Source: Diadema setosum
Lineage: Eukaryota
DNA: 62,000 bases
NCBI RefSeq assembly: GCF_964275005.1
Contig: NC_092704.1
Location: forward strand, 35,154,001-35,216,000
Direction of reading: 5' to 3'
Shown here: piece after piece, positions 8,393-18,000 of the stretch
Layout of the letters: every line of letters begins with the position of its first letter
Position numbering within the stretch: position 1 is the first letter of the stretch
Notes under the pieces: model-generated
The model's input: the letters and a program-made list of their open reading frames with translations, nothing else
Told to the model about the DNA's origin: nothing
Database searches by the model: none
Made by a program: the position numbers and the translations under genes

Positions 8393-11300
8393 CCCAACCA
8401 AGACCAGGATCCCCAACCACGACCAGACCCGGACAACCAAAACTAAACCAGATTTTCCCACAAAGCCCTGGCCATGTCACCACATCAAAACAAAGGGGAC
8501 GGGTTGTGAAACTTGTTGGTGATAGGTGTCTAGTTAAATGCTCTTTGAATGGGATTCCTTCTACAGCTCTCTGGGACACAGGAGCACAGGTCTCGGTGAT
8601 GCCAGAGAGAATTTATCGAGAGGTGCTTCCACAAGTCCAACTGAGGGAAGTCCAGGAAATACTAGATACTGACCTCCAACTCAAGGCGGCCAACGGCACT
8701 TCCTTACCATACAAAGGCTGGATAGAAGTCTGGTTTAGCCTCGACCCTGACACCAACACATCATCAACTATACTCGTACCTTTTCTAGTGACACCTGAGG
8801 AGCTGCCTGAGACCATCATTGGTTACAATGTAATCAGTGAGCTGGTCCAAGCAACACCAATTGGGAGCCTTCCTGGCATCACGCGACAGCTTGGGAGCTC
8901 AATGCAAGTGTCACCTAGGGCAGCTGACCAGGTAATCTCCCTACTGAGGACAGGACCACCAGAAGAGTTGTGCACCGTAAGAACTGGTCGTTCTCCGATC
9001 GTCTTGCGCCCGGAATCCTGGACGAAGGTGACAGTAATGGTGAGACTTGGGAACATGAGGGATGAGGCACTACTGTTCGAGCCAGGGATCAGCAGCAACC
9101 TGCCCGAAGATGTTGAAGTTCCCTCCTGTGTTGTACAAGTCTCCCAAGGTCAGTCCCCTCGTCTAGACATTCCTGTGTACAACTACTCCAAGAAAACGAT
9201 TGTAGTCCCTCGGTATGCGCAATTGGGAAGATTGCAATCAATGCATTCGATACTCCCTGACTATCCACATGACCCACAACCCGCCAACTACCAACCCAAA
9301 ACCGACAGTTACATCGCCTCAGTGTCAGGTACCGATGAGAAAATGGAAGGACCCGCCTTCAAGCTTGACCACTTGGCAGCAGAGGAGCAGAAGGCTGTGG
9401 AAGGACTCCTTCACCAGGAAATAGAGAGTTTCTCATCGGGTGACCAGGACATGGGATGTATCCCCGACCTCAAGATGACCATCAGACTCACCGACAACGT
9501 CCCGGTTCAGAAGACCTACCAGTCTATTCCCCGACCACTCTACCAAGAGGTGAAACTCTACCTACAGGACCTCCTTGACCGTGGGTGGATCAGGAAATCT
9601 GAATCACCCTATGCCTCTCCAGTCGTGTGTGTGCGAAAGAAAGATGGAAGCCTCCGTCTATGTATCGACTACCGCGGGCTTAACAAGAAGACAATACCTG
9701 ACCGACAACCCATACCTAGAATGCAGGACCTGATCGATGGACTCGGAGGAAATCGGTGGTTTACCACCCTAGATCAGGGTAAGGCGTACCACCAGGGTTT
9801 CATCGCCGAGGAATGCCGACCGATGACTGCATTCATCACTCCATGGGGTCTCCACGAGTGGAATAGAATCCCATTCGGACTGAAGAATGCACCAGCTGCA
9901 TATCAAAGGTGCATGGAGACAATCCTCGAGGGCCTCAACCACAACATCTGTGAGGTTTACCTGGATGACATTGTCATCTACAGCCAGACCTTCGATGATC
10001 ACCTCAGGCATGTCCAGACAGTGTTGCAGCGTCTCCGGGAGAATGGGGTGAAGCTGAAGCCAGCAAAGTGCAGCTTCTTCCAGCAGGAAGTGAAGTTCCT
10101 GGGCAAAGTGATCTCTGGGGAAGGGTACAAGGCAGACCCCAGTGAAACAGAGGCCCTCACTTCACTTAAGAGCCACACCCCGAAGACGGTAGGAGACCTG
10201 CGCAAGATACTTGGCCTGACTGGATATTATCGAAGATACCTCAAGGACTACGCAAAGCGTGCCAAAACCCTCTACGACCTCCTAAAAGCACCAGTGACCA
10301 CAAGGGATGCAAAACGGACACACAGACCTGCCAAACGGACAAACAGGACAAAACACCACGGACAAGCCCCCTCCAACACCCCAATCACCTGGACAACCTC
10401 TCATCAGGAAATCGTGAACTCCTTCATCGATGACCTCGTACAGCCCCCTGTGATGATGTACCCGAACTTCAGTGCACCATACATCCTACACACTGATGCT
10501 TCACAGGAGGGACTGGGAGCCGTACTGTACCAGGAGAGCGATGGAAAGCTCAGGGTAATCGCCTACGGATCCCGAACGCTGACACCTGCGGAGAAAAACT
10601 ACCATCTCCACTCAGGGAAACTTGAGTTCCTGGCGCTCAAGTGGGCGATTACTGAGCAATTCCGAAACTACCTCCTCTACGCTGAGTCTTTCACCGTGTA
10701 TACGGATAATAATCCGTTGACCTACATCCTCAGCACGGCAAAGCTCAACGCCACAGGGCATCGATGGGTTGGTGAGCTCGCCGACTTCAACTTCTCAATC
10801 AAGTACAGACCAGGAAGGAAGAACGGTGATGCTGATGCTCTATCTAGAATGCCCCTGACCCCCACCCAACGACAGGAATCTTGTACGCAGGAGATCACGA
10901 CATCGACTACCAAGGCCGCGCTGAGAGGTTCCCTTCACCAGACCCAGGATGAAATGGCGCTGGTCCAGGCACTATTCATACAGCCCACTGACACCCAAAC
11001 AGACATGTCTCCAGAATCCATTACCTCCTTCTCCATGGCTGACATCAAAACAGCCCAGCAGGAAGACCAAGACATCTCACGAGTGCTCCTCTACAAGCAA
11101 AAGGGAAGGTGGCCACGTGCAGATGAACGCACAGACGAATCTCCAGGAACCAGAGCAATGATGCACGAATGGAGGAGACTAGAGGTTGGACATGATGGAA
11201 TTCTCAGGCGTAGAACAAAAACGAAAACACAACTTGTTCTCCCCTTGAAGTGGCGGAATTTGGTGTGTACTGAGCTGCACGACAAGATGGGCCATCTGGG

Positions 11301-13170
11301 GACTGATAGAACAGTTGACCTCGCCCGGCAACGGTTCTACTGGCCCCATATGGAGCGCTTCATCGAGGCCTATATCACCAGGCAATGTAAATGCATCATG
11401 CAGAAGAAACCCGCACAGAACACCAAAGTCCCGTTAGTCCCCATCACCACCTCCGAACCATTTGAACTTGTGTGCATTGACTTCCTCCATCTAGAGCGCA
11501 GTCGAGGAGGTGAAGAGTATGTGCTGGTCGTGATGGACCACTTCACACGGTTTGCGCAGGCCTATCCAACTACAAACAAGTCTGGCAAGACCGCTGCTGA
11601 CCGAATCTTCAATGACTTCATATTGAAGTTCGGGTTCCCGAAACGGCTTCATCACGACCAGGGAAGGGAGTTCGAGAACCAACTCTTCACCCGACTACAA
11701 CAACTTTCTGGGATCACAGCCTCTAGGACATCCCCGTACCATCCCCAAGGCAACGGACAAGTGGAACGGTTCAATCGGACCCTGCTAGCCATGCTACGAA
11801 CCCTGGCTGAGGAGCAGAAGCACGATTGGAAACGCCACATCAATAAAGTCGTCCATGCCTACAACAACACACGACATGACGCTACCAACTACTCACCCCA
11901 TTACCTACTTTTCGGCTACTCACCAAGGCTCCCTATCGACCTAGCATTCGGTCTGACCACGTCAGAACAGGCAAAGTGTCAAAATCTTCCAGAGTATGTT
12001 CAGAAGTGGAAAACAAGACTGGAAGAGGCTTATGACCTTGCACGTAAGAATGCGCAGAAGGCTTCAGAAAGAGGGAAAAAGTACCATGACAAGAGACCGG
12101 CGAGTACGGTGCTGATGCCGGGCGATCGAGTTCTCGTCAAAGACTGCTCCCCGAAATCAGGACCTGGAAAGCTACGGTCATACTTTGAGGACAGAGTATA
12201 TACTGTTGTGTCCAAAAAGGGTGACCTCCCCGTCTATGACATTCAGCCAGACGATGGCAAGGGTAGGACTCGTACCCTCCATCGCAGTCTCCTGTTCCCC
12301 TGCGATACACTACTCACTGAAAGACAAACCCCTCCTGTGAGACCAGCTGTAGAGAGAAGTGGGCGAGGAGCACTGGAGAGAGGCAGACGAAGAAAACGAC
12401 ACCTTCCTGACCAACGCCCGAATGAGACGCCAGATCCCTCCAATGCCTACATGGAGGAAAGCTCTGACGATGATCTCCATCATGAATGGTACAGCCGTGG
12501 GTATGGAGAGCAGGAAGGCCGTCAAGAGACCCTCATCGAAACCCGTCACCAGACACAGCAATTACTAAAAGAGCCAGAACCAGTACCACCACCAGACACC
12601 CAGCCCCAACCAGACCGAGAAATCACCGCAGTACCAGCCCCTGAGGGTCACCACCAACCAGACCGGGAAATCACCGCGGTACCAGCCTCTAAGGGACACC
12701 ACCAGCCAGACCAGGAAATCAACGCGGATACTGAGGGTCATCATAACGAGGGCACCCCGATTGATGGAGATGGGCAGCAGACGATGGTGCCACCACAACA
12801 GGCTGCTCTCAACCAGGAGCCAGGAACGACGACGAACCCTGAGGGACCCCCCGCTGCACCCCAGACAACGCCATCTGACGATGCATCCTTCAGCTCAGGC
12901 CGCCCTCGCAGAAACAGGCAACCCCCAAATACCCTAACATACCACAATCTCGGAAATCCTGCCCCCCATTGCATGCCGCTGTACATTAATGACATAAACC
13001 CTGCCATGCCCAAGGTACCAATGCCACCAAATACTAATATGTATCCTCCCAATTTACCTATGAACCCGACCTATAACTACCCCTTGTATAACCCTTTTGT
13101 ACCTTACGGAATGCCGTTTGCATTCCCAACAATGTATGACCACGGACAACAGGTGGGAAATCAACAGTGA
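8338..13170 (+). CDS. pol: Pol polyprotein (protease, reverse transcriptase, RNase H, integrase), likely expressed as Gag-Pol by -1 frameshift
   Basis: Uninterrupted 1610-codon ORF: LWDTGA (protease), PFGLKNAP and YLDD (RT), TDAS/YTDNNPL (RNase H), H..H..C..C plus CIDF/HDQGREF/VERFNRTL (integrase DDE). Confidence 0.97.
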   Translation: MQKTTGKRPGGTQRGQGVTQPRPGSPTTTRPGQPKLNQIFPQSPGHVTTSKQRGRVVKLVGDRCLVKCSLNGIPSTALWDTGAQVSVMPERIYREVLPQVQLREVQEILDTDLQLKAANGTSLPYKGWIEVWFSLDPDTNTSSTILVPFLVTPEELPETIIGYNVISELVQATPIGSLPGITRQLGSSMQVSPRAADQVISLLRTGPPEELCTVRTGRSPIVLRPESWTKVTVMVRLGNMRDEALLFEPGISSNLPEDVEVPSCVVQVSQGQSPRLDIPVYNYSKKTIVVPRYAQLGRLQSMHSILPDYPHDPQPANYQPKTDSYIASVSGTDEKMEGPAFKLDHLAAEEQKAVEGLLHQEIESFSSGDQDMGCIPDLKMTIRLTDNVPVQKTYQSIPRPLYQEVKLYLQDLLDRGWIRKSESPYASPVVCVRKKDGSLRLCIDYRGLNKKTIPDRQPIPRMQDLIDGLGGNRWFTTLDQGKAYHQGFIAEECRPMTAFITPWGLHEWNRIPFGLKNAPAAYQRCMETILEGLNHNICEVYLDDIVIYSQTFDDHLRHVQTVLQRLRENGVKLKPAKCSFFQQEVKFLGKVISGEGYKADPSETEALTSLKSHTPKTVGDLRKILGLTGYYRRYLKDYAKRAKTLYDLLKAPVTTRDAKRTHRPAKRTNRTKHHGQAPSNTPITWTTSHQEIVNSFIDDLVQPPVMMYPNFSAPYILHTDASQEGLGAVLYQESDGKLRVIAYGSRTLTPAEKNYHLHSGKLEFLALKWAITEQFRNYLLYAESFTVYTDNNPLTYILSTAKLNATGHRWVGELADFNFSIKYRPGRKNGDADALSRMPLTPTQRQESCTQEITTSTTKAALRGSLHQTQDEMALVQALFIQPTDTQTDMSPESITSFSMADIKTAQQEDQDISRVLLYKQKGRWPRADERTDESPGTRAMMHEWRRLEVGHDGILRRRTKTKTQLVLPLKWRNLVCTELHDKMGHLGTDRTVDLARQRFYWPHMERFIEAYITRQCKCIMQKKPAQNTKVPLVPITTSEPFELVCIDFLHLERSRGGEEYVLVVMDHFTRFAQAYPTTNKSGKTAADRIFNDFILKFGFPKRLHHDQGREFENQLFTRLQQLSGITASRTSPYHPQGNGQVERFNRTLLAMLRTLAEEQKHDWKRHINKVVHAYNNTRHDATNYSPHYLLFGYSPRLPIDLAFGLTTSEQAKCQNLPEYVQKWKTRLEEAYDLARKNAQKASERGKKYHDKRPASTVLMPGDRVLVKDCSPKSGPGKLRSYFEDRVYTVVSKKGDLPVYDIQPDDGKGRTRTLHRSLLFPCDTLLTERQTPPVRPAVERSGRGALERGRRRKRHLPDQRPNETPDPSNAYMEESSDDDLHHEWYSRGYGEQEGRQETLIETRHQTQQLLKEPEPVPPPDTQPQPDREITAVPAPEGHHQPDREITAVPASKGHHQPDQEINADTEGHHNEGTPIDGDGQQTMVPPQQAALNQEPGTTTNPEGPPAAPQTTPSDDASFSSGRPRRNRQPPNTLTYHNLGNPAPHCMPLYINDINPAMPKVPMPPNTNMYPPNLPMNPTYNYPLYNPFVPYGMPFAFPTMYDHGQQVGNQQ
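8353..8414 (+). promoter_or_regulatory. -1 ribosomal frameshift signal
   Basis: G GGA AAC heptamer (8353-8359) in the gag frame, pol in the -1 frame; downstream stem gcaccc/gggtgt with a possible pseudoknot gggga/tcccc. Confidence 0.8.
12607..12744 (+). repeat. In-frame 48-bp tandem repeat (x3) in the integrase tail
   Basis: QPDREITAVPAPEGHH / QPDREITAVPASKGHH / QPDQEINADTEGHH. Confidence 0.9.
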
Positions 13171-13867
13171 ACTATGCAGTCGACTAATACGCCGAACATT
13201 ATGTGTGCCCCATAGTGGAGGGGTACGCTGAGTAAGACGATGATTCGTCAAATGAAGGTAGTTGTAATTTAGGTAACCAGTAGTTCTAACCTCTGTGGAA
13301 AGCAGTTTCTCTCAGAAATTGTACCCCTGAATCATGTGGCAAAGATGAATTGTAAAAGAAATGAACAGAAAAGAAACACTGCGCAGTGTAAAAGTGGAAG
13401 AACTTTATTTTGTTTGCTAGTTATGAAGTTCTACAGGTCAACAGTCATTTCTTTTCGCTATATCATGTTTGTATGAATATAGAGTAATACTATGTAATAT
13501 TTCGCACGTGGATCTCAAAGGATCAGAAGAATACACTCTCAGAAGCGCGCGCCTGGGAAGCTGTATTTTTTCTTAGTGTGCTATACAATGTAGCATATAT
13601 AATGGGTTTAACCCCGCGAAATTGAAATGCAAACTGTGATATGGAGGAACGCCATGTGTCAGGACATGTTAATATGATGTTACAATTGAAGTGATTTGTT
13701 CACTGTGCTGTATGAACAGACGATGAAAGCGATAAGATAATGACAGCATGTAATAATATTGTACGGATTTAACTGACATGAATTTGAACATAAGGTATTT
13801 TGTAATCCATGCATTGATGGTGTCAATATATAGTTATTGTGTAAATGTCGAGGACGACATTTCTTTC

Positions 13868-13879
13868 AGGAGGGAAAGA
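13868..13879 (+). promoter_or_regulatory. Polypurine tract
   Basis: AGGAGGGAAAGA abuts the 3' LTR; preceded by hairpin aaatgtcg-agga-cgacattt (13843-13862). Confidence 0.9.
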
Positions 13880-15849
13880 TGTGATACCCCAAGAAAATAG
13901 CCCCCCCCCCCCATTTTTTGAAAGTTTGGACAATTGCACTGATTCAAATGACAAGAACATACCCTCACAAACTTGATCCATCCACCCCTAAAACCCGGAG
14001 TGGAGTTAACCAAACTGCTTGAAATTCAGAGAAAAATGACATCACTCAGATGGATGTGGTTTTGAGCACACTTTCATCCCTGCATCCATCTTGACTGGAC
14101 GTGTGTTATCTTTCTCTGCATACAGGTAAGAAATCTTGCTTTTACCCCTTTTCAACTATTCAAAATCATTCCTTCCGATTGTTATAATTGGTGATTTTGT
14201 GATATTTAGTGTTTTGTAGACGAATTGAATGGTTATTCCTTCAGAGAAGAGGAATTCTGAACACCAGTGGTGTTCTCAGCGAAGTTATTGAATATATGTA
14301 TTTGTATTGACCTATTATCACTTACGACTGGATATGACTGGTATGCTAGTGTTGGTGAATAATAGAAATTGTGTTACTGTTATAATTGTGTAGTGATTGA
14401 GTAGTTTTCATGCTGTAAGAGTTGAAAATTACAACTTAAGCTGATTTAATTCCGGATTAAGTGCTGTTAGTGCGAGTGTGAACAAGCCATAGGCCGTACT
14501 ACCCTGTGTAGGAGGACGGTCAGTCTAAACACTCTCCTAGGCGGTGCACCGTGCAAGAGTCCGTTGACCTTAGGCTATCTTGGGAATGACTGTAAAGTGA
14601 CTGATATATATGTTATTCTGACTGAAAGCCCAAATGCCTTAACGAGTGTGCTAATTGTAAATAGTACTTGGTATGATGCTAATGGAATAGTAGTGTAGCA
14701 TTGTGCAGAATGGAAACAGTGACGGATGATAATAGTGTACATTTGTAGACACATGTAGAATAGAGGTAGAGACAGAGAGTCGGTGTGAACACAGTTTGGG
14801 TGACTCACGCCAACCTCCACACCTTATCGGCCAGAGCTCTGACCACTAGTTCTCTGGACGGAGTGTTTATAGTTGTGGTCAGTGTCTCTCTCACTTTCCC
14901 AGCTCCTCAGTTCCTCACTTTTTGGCCAGTTCCTCACTTTGGTATAAAGAAATCAAAAGGGAATCATTCAGGGATCGTCCCTAAAGTTTGGTGTTCAGAA
15001 CGACTGTCGAGAAATTCTTGAAATACTTTCGCTTTTGCCTGACGGCAGGGATCATCTCAAATGTTGTTAAAGTCTATGTTGTAAAAGATTTTACAGAAGC
15101 GTTTGGTTTTATCATGGAGCTACTCCATGGCTTTATATGAGAGGAATAAAATACAGAATCGAACAGGAAAGAGAGAGAAAACCTGGCTTTTAGAGAAATA
15201 AAGGAAAACTAAGGAAGTCAGATTTGTTTTGCAGTGTATTAAGACTACCGGTTTTCCTTCTTGCTTTTTAAACAATTCTTGCCAAAGAAGTGAATACATT
15301 CCAGGTTTAGGTTTATTTAATCATTTGCGTTTCAGTTCATCGATACAAACGGAGATTAATCAAATGATAGGTAGTTGCGTTTATTTGATTAAATCATTAA
15401 CATTTTAAATGACTGGTTAAGGTAAAGCTATAGATTGCTTTATTAAAGGAGAATCTTACAGTTGATTATGCTTACTATAAAGGAATATTAAGATTGATTG
15501 TTACGAGTAAGTGTTATAAATAACCTTTGATTTTCGAGACTCTTTGAGGTATAAATCAAGCATCATATTGGGCAAGGTAAATTATCAATTACACTGATGA
15601 AGAATTAGATATTCATATCAGCAAATTGCATGTGTCATTCACATTGTGTTGATGAGAAGAAGTGTTTGATAATTATTTTGATTGTGATTAATATGATCAT
15701 TGAAATTCGGTATGATTTATACCAGAATAAAGAGAGACACTTTCATCCCTGCATCCATCTTGACTGGACGTGTGTTATCTTTCTCTGCATACAGATCAAA
15801 GTGATATTGGATTGTGAATTCAACCCAGTTACCCGAGACCCGGGTAACA
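13880..15849 (+). repeat. 3' LTR (1,970 bp)
   Basis: Same length and, by eye, same sequence as the 5' LTR; followed by TSD GTTC. Confidence 0.97.
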
Positions 15850-16457
15850 GTTCTGCCAAGCTGGGTTTACTGGTACCATAGACTTATTGAGTAGTAATGC
15901 AAAGACGCACTAATTATTTGACTGCAAGACCCAGAAATGTCACTGAGTCTAGAATGTGCAATATCATCGCATGATAATGTCTAACACAATAGCTGCAATT
16001 TACCATAAAACAGAACTGTGATCATAATAGCTAGTAGTGGAAGAGAATTTATCTCTCATCAGTTACAAGCCAGTATTAAGACATTAACTTAATTTACAAG
16101 ACAGGGAACTGAGATCTACCTTTGCTTCCTCCATTTAAACTATTTGTACATGTATGCAAGCATATTATCCATGTGTGTAATTTCATCTTTAAAAAGAGTT
16201 TAAAACACAAAGGGAGCTTGATTGTACATATTTTTATCACAAGCTAAAATGGGGGGGGGGGCAAGTGGACACAGAAAGGCACTGAACAGGTTTTCACCAT
16301 GTAGTATCAAATCTACTGAGAATTTAGTGGCCTAATTCATCTTGAATTACTGAAGCAAATCATACATTGATATGCGTACATGGTTGTGAGGTGATGCATG
16401 TGTATCTAACATAAACAGACTATCAAACATGGAAATCTATGTGAAGTTTATCTCTAT

Positions 16458-17015
16458 TAGTCGGGTACCTAAGGGGGGGTCACCGTGCATCCCCCCCCCC
16501 CCCCCAGGACTCCTCGAAACTTACATTTTCAGGATCCTCATGACATACTAAAACATAATCAAGATGTTAACAGGAGCGAAAAGTGGCTGTTCTAGGTGAA
16601 ACTTAATGTATTCTATTGTTTTTCATAATTTCTTATGTATTTCTTTGTTTTTCAACTTTTTCAACTTTTGTTTTTTCTTTGTTTTTCTATTGGAAATTGT
16701 CACTGACCACTTTTCTACCATAATTAGCACAAAACTAATCAATGAAAGTGATTAATTGTAAAAATAATCAGGTTTTCATGACTTTCATGGCAGAGCACTG
16801 TTTTCCATAGGAAATGTACACAAAAGCACAAAATTGTGCCCATTTTGGGACGACATTCCGTTACAAAAATGGGCGTGACTTCGCAAAAGTATGCGGGGAA
16901 GTTGCAAATATGGTCTCAAAAGTTGCGTGAGACTTGAACAAAACAAAGTCAAGTAAGTTTTGAGGAGTCCTGGGGGGTGCACGGTGACCCCCTCCTCCCC
17001 TTAGGTACCCTACTA
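16458..17015. mobile_element. MITE with gggtacctaagggg..tcaccgtgca TIRs
   Basis: tagtcgggtacctaagg... / ...ccttaggtaccctacta inverted termini; no ORF. Confidence 0.75.
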
Positions 17016-17056
17016 TGTAGGCCCTACATGTAAGCACATATTATATATTACATACA

Positions 17057-17616
17057 TACATAAGGATGGGGGGTGGGGGGATCCGCCCCCCCCCTCGAAG
17101 TTTCGCGCTATAAATCTGTCGCGAGGCATCTTGACTTTGTTTGGTCAAGTCTCGCACAACTTTTGAGACCAAATTTGCAACATCCGCGTATACTTTTGCG
17201 AAGTCACGCCCATTTTTGTAACGGAATGTCGTCCCAAAACCGGCACAATTTTGTGCTTTTGTGTACATTTCCTATGGAAAACAGTGCTCTGTCATGAAAG
17301 TCATGAAAAATTGATTATTTTCACAATTAATCACTTTCATTGATTAGTTTTGTGCTAATTATGGTAGAAAAGTGGTCAGTGACAATTTCCAACAGAAAAA
17401 CAAAGAAAAAACAAAAGTTGAAAAAGTTGAAAAACAAAGAAATACATAAGAAATTATGAAAAACAATAGAATACATTAAATTTCACCTAGAACAGCCACT
17501 TTTCGTTCCTGTTAACATCTTGATTATGTTTTGGTATGTCATGAGGATCCTGAAAATGTAAGTTTCGAGGAGTCCTGGGGGGGATGCACGGTGACCCCCC
17601 CTTAGGTACCCAAGTA
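17057..17616. mobile_element. Second, inverted copy (variant) of the same MITE family
   Basis: 17130-17611 is the near reverse complement of 16463-16953; left boundary approximate. Confidence 0.75.
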
Positions 17617-17812
17617 TATGTAAAGATGACACATTGGCCTGCTTTAACTCTCAGCAATATGCACTGCTGGAGATGGTCTACTCTATGTTATCATTTAATG
17701 AGATTTCTAATTAAGTCCATGCTTTATGGCAGGCAACAGTGCATTATAAGGATAAATAGCTTTTGCATATAATCCACTCTGAAACTACTACCCAAATCTT
17801 GCATAGACCCAC

Positions 17813-18000
17813 CTGTGGTGAAAATTGTAAGTTCTCTAGGTCCTCTGCATTCTCAATGCCAACCAGAGTGTGTCGCTTGTTGAAGTCCTTGCGTTGCTGT
17901 CTCCGCCTCAGTACCTCACTGGCAGTGATACTCTCACAGTCAGCTGACAGTGAAGACTGGCTGTTATAGCTCTGACTCGCCCTCAGTCCTCCCTTTTTTC
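17813..18000 (-). CDS. SRCIN1/KIAA1217-like: Internal coding exon (188 nt, phase 1-0) of the SRCIN1/KIAA1217-family gene: (G)KKGGLRASQSYNSQSS...DFNKRHTLVGIENAEDLENLQFSPQ
   Basis: ttgcag| acceptor and CAG|gtgggt donor; phase 0 end joins exon 2592-2693; KRHTLVG resembles the recalled RRHT[LV] motif that precedes HLK.KYP in this family. Confidence 0.8.

Larger units (their letters stand above)
4772..15849 (+). mobile_element. Full-length Ty3/Gypsy LTR retrotransposon, 11,078 bp
   Basis: TG...CA LTRs; 4-bp TSD GTTC (4768-4771 and 15850-15853); PBS; PPT; gag; pol in PR-RT-RH-IN order. Confidence 0.98.

Noticed and set aside
7027..13251. Many antisense or alternate-frame ORFs over gag-pol
   Set aside because: Expected shadows of a GC-richer coding region; none has recognisable features.
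13171..13867. Possible env gene between pol and the 3' LTR
   Set aside because: About 700 nt AT-rich with no plus-strand ORF of 60 aa or more.
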